64,000 nt of DNA from Leucoraja ocellata (Eukaryota), in the NCBI GenBank assembly GCA_036785375.1, contig JAWMAR010000481.1, positions 1,240,001-1,304,000 on the forward strand, in the 5' to 3' direction. Under the pieces are notes generated by a model. The model ran no database searches and was not told the DNA's origin. It saw only the letters and a list, made by a program, of their open reading frames with translations. Positions within the stretch are counted from its first letter, which is position 1. Each line of letters begins with the position of its first letter. Below, in pieces: positions 1 to 11,800 of the stretch. The translations under genes were made by a program, and so were the position numbers.

Positions 1-406
1 GCGCAGAAGGTTAAGGGGGGACCTGATAGAGGTCTTTAAAATGATGAGAGGGATAGACAGAGTTGATGTGGACAAGCTTTTCCCTTTGAGAATAGGGAAG
101 ATTCAAACAAGAGGACATGACTTCAGAATTAAGGGACAGAGGTTTAGGGGTAATATGAGGGGGAACTTCTTTACGCAGAGAGTGGTGGTGGTGTGGAATG
201 AGCTCCCAGTGGAAGTGGTGGAGGCAGGTTCATTGGTATCATTTAAAAATAAATTGGATAGGCATATGGATGAGAAGGGAATGGAGGGTTATGGTACGAG
301 TGCAGGCAGGTGGGACTAAGGGGAAAAAAATTTGTTCGGCATGGACTTGTAGGGCCGAGATGGCCTGTTTCCGTGCTGTAATTGTTATATGGTTATATGG
401 TTATAT
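1..406 (+). mobile_element. CR1-clade LINE, 3' end (ORF2 C-terminus, 3'UTR, (TTATATGG)n tail)
   Basis: ORF 41..319 ...TRGH..KG..FRGN.RGNFFTQRVV..WNELP is the CR1 ORF2 C-terminus; ends in gttatatggttatatggttata. Confidence 0.9.
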
Positions 407-1320
407 AGGTGCATAAATGTTCGATCAACGTACGACATACGCTCATCCAATTTAAAACATTACATAGATTATATTATTCAAAAACTAAATTAAATAAAAT
501 CTTCCCTAATGTTTCACCAATCTGTGATAAATGCCTGTGTCAAGAAGCTACCATAGCGCACTCTTTTGTTTTTTGTACAAAAATCCAAAAATTCTGGTAT
601 GAAATATTTGATATTTTTTCAAAATTGATCAAAATAAAACTGGTACCAAAACCAGAATGGATTATCTTCGGAATATCGGAAGGTAACCCTGAATTAAACG
701 TGTTTCAGAAGAATTTATTTAATTACGGGCTAATAATGGGAAAAAAGCTTATACTTAAATTCTGGAAAAATGCGTCGACACCAACAATAAAAATGTGGAT
801 ATCAAATATGTTTGAAACATTACATCTGGAAGAGATGAGATTCCTCCTAGCAGGTAAAGCAGACCAATTCCAAAAGACGTGGTCTATGTTTCTGGACCTA
901 TTACAAGTATGAGGTGCAATAGTAATTTAAAAAAAAAACAAATATATAAATAAGTGGTATCAGGACCTGGTAACGGGAGGTAAAACAACAAAAACAGACT
1001 TGGTTGGTAGTCCCCTTTCTGCGGAGTTTAATGTTATAATAGAGCGATTGTTTCTATTTACTCTTTCTTTCTTTTCTAGGGTCTATTTTCTCAATTTACT
1101 TCCTTCTCTAACTTCTTTCCTAAGGAGCTTTCTTTTCCCAACACTCTTGCACTTCACGAATCTCTTACACTTTCTTTACTTTCCTTACTTCTACCTTTTT
1201 CTTAAAGCTCAAAAAAAAATGAAGCGGTACAAAAAATGTATTAAGATATATGTGTTGTGTAGGATTGTAATTTACCGTACTTCTAATAAAAAAAAAATAA
1301 ATAAAAAAAATAAAAAAAGA
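407..1320 (+). mobile_element. L1-clade LINE 3' end (ORF2 C-terminal Cys/His region, 3'UTR, poly-A), interrupted at its 5' side by the CR1
   Basis: ORF 409..912 with CDKC...HSFVFC motif; AATAAA plus A-rich tail at ~1285-1320; similar to the L1 at 27246-42672. Confidence 0.85.
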
Positions 1321-1339
1321 AGGACTCTGAGCAGAACTC

Positions 1340-1532
1340 TTGTGGTCATGTTGTGGCATTGCTGACATATACCTGAGAAGCACCTCCTTAAAGCCTCATC
1401 CCAAAGACAGCAGCTTTCATGAGGTGACATTGCTCACCACTGAGCCACACATGACATCTGTGTCCAACAAGGGGGATGGTTGTTTGAGGAGTCTCTGTCC
1501 TCAGTGGGTGTGCACGGATGATGTTGAATAAA
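1340..1532 (+). other. Non-repetitive Cys-rich ORF remnant ending in AATAAA; candidate IgW short-form secretory tailpiece/3' end
   Basis: LWSCCGIADIY...GCLRSLCPQWVCTDDVE* with its stop inside AATAAA (1527-1532); lies upstream of the CH3-like exon. An in-frame TGA at 1328 weakens the call. Confidence 0.35.
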
Positions 1533-1639
1533 AGAGACAACTCATCATTGGTAACTCTTCTATTCCAATGTTACAATTAAGCATCTGCCTGTCGGTGCTT
1601 AAAGTAAATCTGTCCTTGAATTTGCTGCTATGTGCTTTC

Positions 1640-2332
1640 AAGCTTCTTGTATCTTCTGGAGAGGGGAGTAGAGACAATGACTGGGATGTGAAGGTTCCTT
1701 GATGATGTTGGCTGCTTTCCTGAGGCAGCGTGAAGTGTCGATGGTGGAAGGTCTATGGTGGGGGATGCAATGCCTAATGTGTGGGCTGAGGGATGTTTGG
1801 TTTGGTTTAGTTTATTGTCACGTAGACTGAGGTACAGTGAAAATGCTTTTTGTTGCGTGCTAACCAGTCACAGAAAGACTATATAATTACAATCAAGCCA
1901 TCCACAGTCTACAGATACATGATAAATGGAAGAATGTTTTGTGCAAGGTAATGTCCGATTAAACATAGTGCGAGGGTCTCCAGTGCGGTAGATGATATCT
2001 CAGGATTGCGATCTAGTTGGTGAGGGGATGGTTCAGTTGTTTGATAGCAGCTGGGAAGAAACTGTCCCTGAATCTGGAGGTGTGTGTCTTCACACTTCAA
2101 TACCTATTTTCCTGATGGGAGAGGGGAGAAGAGAGAGTGGCCAGGGTGCAACAGGTCCTTGATTATGCTGCTGGCCTTGCCGAGGCAGCATGAGATGTAA
2201 ATGGAGTCAGTGGAAGGGAGGTTGGTTTGTGTGATGATCTGGGCTGCAACCACAATTCGCTGCCATTTCATCGATGGAGCTGTTTCCAAACCATGCTGTG
2301 ATGCATCCTGATAAAATGCTTTCTATGGTGCA
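1640..2332 (-). mobile_element. Degenerate Rex1/Babar-like LINE 3' fragments
   Basis: Minus ORF 2104..2289 (...KASSIIKD..HPGHSLFSPLPSG); reverse AATAAA+(CTAAA)n tail near 1800. Confidence 0.65.
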
Positions 2333-2385
2333 CTAAAATTAAATACCAATAAAGAATTGAACAGCATGTATTTTTATTTGTGTTA

Positions 2386-5138
2386 AACCCCTGTCCCATG
2401 GTGCGAGTCCACCCACGAGTGATCCCGAGTTAAAAACAAATCAAACTCGTGGTAATCACGTAGAATTAATGTAGCGGGAACGTGGGAACTCGTGGACGTA
2501 ACTTAGCGACTCGTAACGCTAACGGCAGGTACTCGGGAAACTTGTTAACTCGTGAAAAATGTTCAACATTTTGAAAGATTTCCATGAGTCAAATTTACTC
2601 TTGAAGGAAAAATGTGAAACTTTTAAACTCCTTGTAATACCGTAGTAGCCCGTGAGTTTACTGTAGTGACTCGTGAGTAACTCGTGGGTTTGGCCTGAGT
2701 GCCAAAAGTGAAATGTTGAAGATTAGTCAGATCTTAATGGAACATTTTACAGTGATCTAATAATTCACTGTTAAGGAGCAAAAAGCACTCACCGGTGATC
2801 TGAAAAACAGTGGTAAAAAGAATGAACCACACAGTGTTGGGAAAGCTGCATTGTGAGAGTGAATTAGTTCCCTTCAGAACTTTACCTTTTCACATTGAAA
2901 CGGTGCCATGAATCCCTGTTGGGTTAATGCACTTTTTATGGAGAAGCAGATATATGGGACAGGTGTCCGATCTCAGGATTTATATCCGACACTTTAACAT
3001 CAGTTATTGAAGACTGATGCGTTATACAGGGGATTTTTGTCAGGCATCACTTTCCACCCAGTCTGTCCACGTTAGGGAACAATTGCTCAAAACAATGTTG
3101 TAAATGGTATTTTATTTTATAATTTTATAAATGGGAATTTTATAAATGTCAAAATTATAAATGGGGAGGAAATGCAGATGCAGGTTTAAAATCGAAGAAG
3201 GGTCTCGACCCGAAACATCACCTATTCCTTCTCTCCAGAGATGCCGTCTGTCGTGCTTAGTTACTCTAGCTTCTTGATAAATGAATCTTTGGAAGCTCCT
3301 TCATGGCATGTTGTTATTCAGAGTTTTAACTGTATTTGTACTAACCCGTGCAATATGCTTGCAAAAGATAGGAAGCATTCAGTGGGGAAGTTCACAAAAT
3401 AAGTTCAAGTAGGAACTGCAGATGATGGAAAATCAAAGGTAGACAAAAGCGCTGGAGAAACTCAGTGGGTGCAGCAGCATCTATGGAGTGAAGGAAATAG
3501 GCAACGTTTCGGGCTGAAACACTTCTTCAGTCTGAAAAAGGGATTTGGCCTGAAACGTTGCCTATTTCCTTCGCTCCATAGATGCTGCCGCACCCGCAAA
3601 TAAGTTCACAAGCTGCATTGGTAATTAAGACCAGAGTTATTTTTGTGTGTTATGTAAAATAAATTAATTTCTGGTTCTTTACATCACAAGTATTCTACTA
3701 AAAAGTTACCCACAGCTTTATGTTGTAAATGGGTTGGTTTCAGTCCAACAAAAACACATAACATAAGTCCTTAATGACCTTTCTTAGAAACACAGCAAGA
3801 GAACGTGAGCTGTAGATGGGATATGACTCCAATTTTTAACTAACCCCTGTTTTTGTATATTCATATTTTTCCAATAAATGATGGTGTCTACACTGGATGA
3901 TAGTCTACCGTACAATATAGGAAAACATTCTCATATTTACAATTAAGGTCCAATTGTATTTGGGTTTTAAATAAAAAATCAGTTTACCTGAGTGTAAATT
4001 GCAACTTGGGCCAGGCGCTGGGAAACTCTGGGATGCCACTGCTGAAGAGCACATCTGAGCTTTGTGTTTCATTCAGCGGTTCGCTGGCGGGCTTGGGTGA
4101 CTGTAGAGCTCTGAAAATGTTACTTCCCAGGGCTGGGGTGAGTGTGAAAGGGGTGGTTTCTGAGCAGATCTGCCCAATCAGCAATGTTGTGAGCCGCTGC
4201 TTTTTATACAGTTTAAGTCGCAATGGTGGGATCCCTGTTCTGACGGACATACTGGGTGAGTAGAGACACACACACTGCTATCCGTCTGGTCTACGGACCT
4301 TGCTGTTGGGAGAAAAAATAACGTTAAAGTTCAATTTACCTACTCTTTTTGTTAGAAGTTTACCAACGTTTTGATGAGAGATAAATTAAGGGAATAAAAT
4401 AATCTTACTAGACACAAAAATCTGCAGTAACTCAGCCAAGCCGGCAGCATCTGTGGAGAGAAGGATCGAAAGATTTTTTCAGTCTGAAGAAGGGACTCGA
4501 CCAGAAACGTCACCCATTCCTTCTCTCCAGAAATGCTGCATGTCCCGCTGAGTTACTCCAGCTTTTTGTATCTATCTTCGGTGTAAACCAGCATCTGCAG
4601 TTCCTCCCGACACAAAACAGCCTCTGCCTTTCAATGACAAATGCTGTTCAAGTGGACTTTTGAATGCAATTTTGGAAGGATTGTTTCTTGAAACAAACTG
4701 CTCTAAAAGTTTGAAGGAAGGAATTGCAGATACCAGTTTAAACCAAAGATAGACACAAAATGATGGACTAACTCAACTGGTCAGGCAGCATCTGTGGAGA
4801 AAAGAAATAGGTGATGTTTCGGGTCGAGGTCGTTCTTCAGGCTGGGTCTTTTTATAGTGAAAAAAAACTGCATGACATCATTTTTACCATGTGATGATTT
4901 TTCCACATGTCGGTAGTCGTTGTTGGCTCAAGAGTAACTCTGGAGAGGAGCTTGGTAACTCGGGAAAGTAACTTGGTACATCGCAGAAATGAGAAGTAAA
5001 TGGCAAACTTAGACATACACGTGGGAACGCGTTTAAACTCGTGAAAATAAACTTGGAATCTCGTAGACAACCACGAGTTTGATTTTTTCTTTCACTCGGG
5101 ATCACTCGTAGGTGGACTCACACCGTGAGACAGGGCCA
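2386..5138. mobile_element. Non-autonomous PIF/Harbinger-like DNA transposon (~2.75 kb) with ~70-bp TIRs and TTA target duplication
   Basis: Left end aacccctgtcccatggtgcgagtccacccacgagtgatcccgagt matches the reverse complement of the right end (..actcgggatcactcgtaggtggactcacaccgtgagacagggcca); TTA at 2383-2385 and 5139-5141. Confidence 0.75.
3165..4845. repeat. Cluster of short Penelope-derived (pseudo-LTR) repeats, two arranged as inverted pairs (~3405-3597, ~4408-4612)
   Basis: Recurrent gctggagaaactcagcgggt..cagcatct..gaaataggc/tgacgtttcggg..cccttcttcag motif in both orientations; the same motif lies next to GIY-YIG fragments at 25.6 kb and 55.0 kb. Confidence 0.65.
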
Positions 5139-5410
5139 TTAGTGTTAATGTATTTGTATAAGTGTTGTGGAAAATGTATTGTGTTCAATTATAAGAAATT
5201 AGAGTGTGCGCATAATTTCAAGGGTCAAACTATGTATAAATGCTGAATGGAATTACAGAGCAGCAGGTAAGTGGGACTGTGCTGCTCTCCTTATGCACAC
5301 GTCAATAAAGTGAGTCTGGAAAATGAATGCAAGTCGTCAGAGTCCAGTTGATCGGTGACGACAACACCAGACCTTGTCCGGTTTGTAAGCTTCCTATTTC
5401 TCATCTGCAG

Positions 5411-5713
5411 AATTGTCTGTCTTTATCCAAAACCCCTCCACTGAAGAGATTTGGATCAACAAGACCGCTACTGTGGTGTGCGTGGTAATGGGCGCTGATC
5501 TGAGCCAGGTCCAAGTCTACTGGCAAGTGAGCGGAAGGGAGAGAACTACAGGGGCTGTGACCCACCAACCGAGAGAGGAAAGGACCCAAGACAGAGTGAG
5601 CAGTAAACTCCGGAGCAGTGTGGAGGAGTGGACCAGCGGGGTGGAGGTTGTGTGCTCTGCCCAACGATCTCCATCATCCTCACCAGTGTCAGCACGGACA
5701 GAAAGTGCCAAAG
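5411..5713 (+). CDS. IgW: Ig heavy-chain constant exon A1 (IgW CH3-like / IgNAR C2-homologous C1-set domain)
   Basis: Acceptor tctcatctgcag|AA, donor AAAG|gtgggc, 303 nt phase 1-1; NPSTEEIWINKTATVVC...VYW...SSVEEWTSGVEVVC with canonical C-W-C. Confidence 0.92.
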
Positions 5714-5759
5714 GTGGGCGAGAGATCGGCAATGATACGGCCAACATTAGTTACCATGA

Positions 5760-6108
5760 AGGGCCTTTCCCACTTACGCAACTTTTTCAGTGACGGCCGG
5801 CACCCGTCATAGGTCATTGTAGGTCGCCAAAAAGTTTCAACATTTTGAAAATTCAGTGGCAACCTGAAAGACTTTACGACTCTTTGGGCGACTGAGGAGG
5901 CTACTCACGCCCATGCAGGCGACAACCTGGTGACATGTCGCGGGGTGAAGCCAGTATGGTCGTGAGTAGTCATACCTTGAGTCAAATAGTCATACCTTGT
6001 GCTGGTCACCGCTGGATTTTCAACATGTTTACATTTTTCGGCGACCTGTAACGAGCTATGACGGGTGCCGGCAGTCGCCAAAAAAGTTGTGTAAGTGGGA
6101 CAGGCCCT
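5760..6108. mobile_element. Harbinger-type palindromic MITE in the A-B intron (copy 1)
   Basis: TIRs agggcctttcccacttac / gtaagtgggacaggccct, TGA target duplication at 5757-5759 and 6109-6111. Confidence 0.8.
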
Positions 6109-6150
6109 TGAGGAAGAGGGTTTCACATCTACTTTGCTCCTCTGTTCCAG

Positions 6151-6468
6151 TTGAAACAAAAAGACCCAAGGTCAGACTGCTGCCTCCAGCTCACCAAGAG
6201 ACCAAGCGCAGCCACACAGCCATCCTCGAGTGTGTGCTCTCTGGTTTCTACCCGGACCTCATAAACGTCACTTGGGAGAAAGACGGAGCCCCAGTCTCCT
6301 CCACCACCAGTGCTACACCGACTGCTCTGGAGCAGGGGGGGACTTTCAGTGCCAGCCACTTCCTGAATGTGAGTTCAGATGATTGGAAGAAAGGCTCAGT
6401 CTTCGGCTGTATAGTGTCTCATCCCCCCTCGAACACCAGTATCAGCCGGGAAGTGAAAAGCTTTCAAG
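6151..6468 (+). CDS. IgW: Ig heavy-chain constant exon B1 (IgW CH4-like / IgNAR C3-homologous)
   Basis: Acceptor cctctgttccag|TT, donor CAAG|gtacgg, 318 nt phase 1-1; PKVRLLPP...LECVLSGFYPDLINVTWEKDG...PTALEQGGTF...WKKGSVFGCIVSHPPS. Confidence 0.93.
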
Positions 6469-6597
6469 GTACGGTGCTGGGATTCACTCTAATCATCACA
6501 TCTTTTACCCCGTCACAAAATAAGGACCAGGCAAGTTTAGCACTGAAGGACAAGTGTTGCAGTGTGTGAGTGAGGGATGACCACAAAGCCTAGACTA

Positions 6598-7352
6598 GGG
6601 TCAAGAAGAATCAAAAGTGTTTTATTGTCATATATCCCGGACAGGACAATAAAATTCTTACTTGCTGCAGCACAACAGAATATGTGAATATATAAACATA
6701 GTGCATAACGGGGGAAGGGAAAAAAAGAAACATTTCAATAAATAACAAACATAGTGTAAATACCAAATAATAATATAGTATTTAGCCTGATGGCCTGTTT
6801 GTAAAATCTGCTCTTAAGTCAGGTGGTACTTGCAGCCATGCCCCTGTATCATCTGCCTGACGGTAACAAGGAGAACAGTCTGTGTGCTGGGTGGCTGTGG
6901 TCCTTGACGATGCTGTGCAGCAGGCACCACTCTCCAGTGGAAAATGTCCTGAATGGCCAGGAGACAGTTGCCAGTGATGTACTGTGCCGCCTTCTCCACT
7001 CTCTGTAGTGATTTGCGGCTGTGGGCAGAACAGTTCCCGTACCAGACTGTGATGCAACCCGTCAGCAGGCTCTCGATGGTGCATCTGTAGACGTTTGTGA
7101 GGATGCTGGCGTTCATGCCAAACTTCCTCAGTATTGTCAGGAGAAAGAGCCGCTGGCGGGCTTTCTTAGTTATTGTGTCCGTGTGCAGTGTCCAGGAGAG
7201 GTCCTCACTGATGTACACACTGAGGAACTTGAAGCTGCTGACCCTTTCAATGTCAACATCACCGATATGGATGGGGAGGTGTCCACTCCCCTGCTGTCTC
7301 CTGTAGTCCATGATCAGCTCTTTAGTTTAGCAGACATTGAGAGAGAGGTTGT
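6598..7352 (-). mobile_element. Rex1/Babar-like LINE 3' fragments (part of the duplicated Ig unit)
   Basis: Minus ORF 6814..7311 (VSSFKFL.VYISEDLSWT.H...KKARQRLF...YRCTIES.LTGCITVWYGNC); reverse AATAAA tail near 6620. Confidence 0.8.
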
Positions 7353-7475
7353 TCCTTATGCACACGTCAATAAAGTGAGTCTGGAAAATGAATGCAAGTT
7401 GTCAGAGTCCAGTTGATCGGTGACGACAACACCAGACCTTGTCCGGTTTGTAAGCTTCCTATTTCTCATCTGCAG

Positions 7476-7778
7476 AATTGTCTGTCTTTATCCAAAACCC
7501 CTCTACTGAAGAGATTTGGATCAACAAGACCGCTACTGTGGTGTGCGTGGTAATGGGCGCTGATCTGAGCCAGGTCCAAGTCTACTGGCAAGTGAGCGGA
7601 AGGGAGAGAACTACAGGGGCTGTGACCCACCAACCGAGAGGGGAAAGTACCCAAGACAGAGTGAGCAGTAAACTCCGGAGCAGTGTGGAGGAGTGGACCA
7701 GCGGGGTGGAGGTTGTGTGCTCTGCCCAACGATCTCCATCATCCTCACCAGTGTCAGCACGGACAGAAAGTGCCAAAG
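7476..7778 (+). CDS. IgW: Ig constant exon A2 (IgW CH3-like)
   Basis: Same splice sites as A1; open; REERTQ->RGESTQ. Confidence 0.92.
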
Positions 7779-7824
7779 GTGGGCGAGAGATCGACAATGA
7801 TATGGCCAACATTAGTTACCATGA

Positions 7825-8170
7825 AGGGCCTTTCCCACTTACGCAACTTTTTCGGTGACGGCCGACACCCGTCGTAGGTTGTTGTAGGTCGCCAAAAAGT
7901 TTCAACATGTTGAAAATCCAGTGGTGACCAGAAAGATGCTACGACTCTTTGGGCGACTGAGGAGACTACTCACGACCATACAAGTGACACCCTGGCGATA
8001 TGTCGTGGTGTGAAGCCTGCATCGTCGTGTGTAGTCGCCCAAAGAGTCGTACCTTGTGCTGGTCACCGCTGGATTTTCAACATGACCTGTTTCAAATTTT
8101 CGGCGACCTGTAACGACCTATGACGGGTGCCGGCAGTCGCCAAAAAAGTTGTGTAAGTGGGACAGGCCCT
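7825..8170. mobile_element. Harbinger-type MITE (copy 2)
   Basis: Same TIRs, TGA TSD and position as 5760-6108. Confidence 0.8.
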
Positions 8171-8212
8171 TGAGGAAGAGGGTTTCACATCTACTTTGCT
8201 CCTCTGTTCCAG

Positions 8213-8530
8213 TTGAAACAAAAAGACCCAAGGTCAGACTGCTGCCTCCAGCTCACCAAGAGACCAAGCGCAGCCACACAGCCATCCTCGAGTGTGTGCT
8301 CTCTGGTTTCTACCCGGACCTCATTAACGTCACTTGGGAGAAAGACGGAGCCCCAATCTCCTCCACTACCAGCGCTACACCGACTGCTCTGGAGCAGGGG
8401 GGGACTTTCAGTGCCAGCCACTTCCTGAATGTGAGTTCAGAGGATTGGAAGAAAGGCTCAGTCTTCGGCTGTACAGTGTCTCATCCCCCCTCGAACACCA
8501 GTATCAGCCGGGAAGTGAAAAGCTTTCAAG
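8213..8530 (+). CDS. IgW: Ig constant exon B2 (IgW CH4-like)
   Basis: Same splice sites as B1; open; 3 amino-acid changes (V>I, D>E, I>T). Confidence 0.93.
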
Positions 8531-8801
8531 GTACGGTGCTGGGATTCACTCTAATCATCACATCTTTTACCCCATCACAAAATAAGGACCAGGCAAGTTT
8601 AGCACTGAAGGACAAGTGTTGCAGTGTGTGAGTGAGTCAAGAAGAGTCAAGAGTGTTTTATTGTCATATGTACCACACGGGACAAGGAAATTCTTACTTG
8701 CTGCAGCACAACAGAATATGTGAATATGTAAACATAGTGCATAACGGGGGAAGTGAAAACAACACTTCAATAAATAACAAATCGTGCAAATAACAAATAA
8801 T

Positions 8802-11800
8802 AGTAAGATTAAACGAGAACTTACCAGTTTGAAGTTTGATCTGTATTTTATGAGGAGTTACGATGAGGGATTACGTGAAGAACCCGCTCAGCACGCATGC
8901 GCGGCATACTTCAAAGCAGCGGTGTGGAATCACAGAAAGACCCAGTTATAGAAATGAACATAGTAAAGAAAAGACCTCAGTTATCAGTTTGACCCATATT
9001 ATTTGAGGGTGAGAGCGGAGGGCACGTAATCCCTCATCGTAACTCATCGTAAGTTCTCGTTTAATCTTACTATTTTACTTCGGAGTCACGTGAGTGACTG
9101 CGTGAAGATTTTAAAGCTCTGTGATATCAAACCATGTAACATTTCATACTTCACTCGCTGCCGAAGTCATTCGAGGGAGGAAGTATGTTATCGTAATCAA
9201 TGATGAATCTGTTTGTAAAAATAATAATGGTGTTATTAACAATAACAAGACCAAATGCTCCCCTGGCTTAAATTACATATGTTTTGCAGATTCTTTTCTG
9301 CAACCGACACAGGTTCTGTCAGTGGTTTGTATTAAAAGTTTGGAACGTATACTCCCTAGACCACCCCGCTGTAGCCAGGATGTGGTCCATAGGCTCGTCC
9401 ATCCTCTTAGTCACTGACGTGGAAGCTGTCCTGGTAGAATAAGATTTATACACGTTAGTATTTACTCCAGCAACTCCCAGTACCTGCTTGAGCCACTAGA
9501 GATAGTTTAGCTCATCACCTGACCATGAGGTTTATTGTGGCTGACCCATAAGGCTTTTTCCTCTCCCTCGGTATTGCTTATTGTGTCGATGTAGATCTCT
9601 AAGTGGGTCATGACACATAAAACGTGGTTCAGGTGGGTATGCCCGGAATTCCATGTCTGGACCTGATGTTCCTAGTCTGTTCTGTTTGGCCAGCCCTTGA
9701 ATGGGAAACGTAACACTATCTGGTGTTATAACCATGTTGTCCAATCGCAGTAGATGGAAGAACTGGCTCTTTGTGTTGATGTAAGGCCTCCAGCATGTCC
9801 ATCTTCAGGGTAGGCTGTTCCAGGGTGAGGGACCTGGCTGGTGATCATCCCCTAAGGTATGTCAGGACTTCACTGACATCCCAATTTGGGTGTACCTATT
9901 TCAGGGGAATGTATGTATATACCTCTCCTGTATCTGATCACCAGTGAGCGGTACCCTTTGCCCTGTTGTCGTGGTGCCCAACTTGAGCAGGCTGACAGAA
10001 CATTTCCTTCATTGTGGTGGAGACCTGCCAGGAACTCCAGTACAGGTTTTTGTTGTAGTTGAATGTGTAGTTTCTGTTTTTGAACAGTTTCCCATTTCTT
10101 GATATTCGTCAGGTATGTTCCCTAGTGGATATGCGACGAAGTGCTGTCATCATGTTGATAGTGCTGTCTGATCCAAACACAGCAGTGGTCTTCCCAATTC
10201 TGCAATTCTTTTAATGACCATGTCGAGGATCGCTGGGAACCATGCCTGTGGACTTAGTCCACTGTAATTTGCGTAGTACCCGACTGATGAAGCCATAGTA
10301 CCTATTGAAGAGGTAGAAGGAAGGGAGAACATAGAGATTAGATTCCCCCCCAATACGCGGGGATGAATCCATCGCCGCTGGCTTGAGATTGGTTTCATGC
10401 GACGTAGGTTAGTACGTGGCGATTTAATTGAATATAAGGAAATCGATATCTGGTGTCCATATTGCTTATTACTTTCAGCAAATATTTTTGGTTTAAATGT
10501 TTGTTTACAGTATTTAGCTCACCTGAACAGGTAAGTTACTGATGGTCAAACATGTTTGACGACATACCGTTACCAATTGTTAATAAATTGTCATCTAATA
10601 TCGATGTTCTCTGCCCAAGTGGTTTGGTATATGCCACCACTTGTTAATTTATAAACGAACATGCAGAATGGTGCATTATTGAGCAATGTTTCACTAGAAG
10701 TAAGTAAAATTTGATATATAACACGTTTAAGTCAACTCGTATTGGCACTAAGTATTACAAGCTCAGTAACACATCAGAACACATAAGATGTTACTGAAAC
10801 CAGGTGGAAGTGTACAACCATAATCCTTCCTATGCAGATGAATTCCATGATGACACTCCAGATTAGTCCATTTGCCACCATATTATAGGTATGGAATATA
10901 GTTTGAACACTAGTATCTCAGCTCATAGGAAAGGGACAATGTTCAGTAGCTGGTAATGCTGCTACTATCCCAATTACTTTGCCACGTAGTTGAATGGTGG
11001 TTAAATGTTACCATAACTGATAGCATTAATGAATACCAGATAGACAATGTTGTGGATGGTCAACGTAATATCTGGATATATGACAGAGCCAGCTAATAAG
11101 TTAGTAGCTAATGCAGCTAATAAAGCTTTATCCAAGGATAGTCTGTCATTAATATATAGACATGCCATGACGGAATGTTCCTTAAGTGTCAGGGCTGGTT
11201 TGATTCTGGAATAGCTTTGGCTTATATGCCAATTCAATACTCAAATCAAGTTTATTTGTCACATACCCACGCGAGATGTGCAGTGAATGAAAATGGCAAT
11301 GCTCGCATGGTTACCCCATCCAGGTAATTGTGGTATATCCAAAAAACCTATATGAAAAGGTACTGAATAGTATGCATCTTCAAAGTCGATGTCTACCATA
11401 AAGTGTCCTTGGATCCATGGTAGGAGTTACAAATCCCATGTGGGTATACCTGGTGAAATACTCAAGTGGTTAATCAATGATGGTGCGACATTCACCATCG
11501 TGGGAGGGTAGACCCCTTGGGGTGCTTGCTGATTTGGTGGCAAGATATTAATTCTATTCCCCTTGAATATATATTTTGGTATATAACTACCAAGAGTGAT
11601 AGCTTCCTAACCAGGCGTGATTCACCCACCCCTTGTTAGTACAAACCCTTCACCTTTATGTGATAGTAGGAACCAAACCTATCTGCCTTCATTGTTGTTT
11701 TCTTCAGTTTCTGGTTCCTTGTTCTTGTAGGGACGATGTTTGTTGGGGGGTGGAGCATTTTCCATGGGGCCTGCTGTGGGCCCTGGCCTAAAAGGCTTAC

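Noticed and set aside
2830-2870. RSS heptamer CACAGTG (also at 18511)
   Set aside because: No ACAAAAACC-like nonamer at 12 or 22/23 spacing and no adjacent V/D/J segment; both lie inside TEs
4006-4263. + strand ORF ending at a GTGAGT donor as a possible J, CH1 or CH2 exon
   Set aside because: No WGxG motif, no Ig C-W-C pattern and no clear acceptor; lies within a TIR-bounded element
5401-5812. Antisense and alternate-frame ORFs over the Ig exons, including the 88-aa minus ORFs over TM1
   Set aside because: Shadows of the real + strand exons; they recur only because the DNA is duplicated
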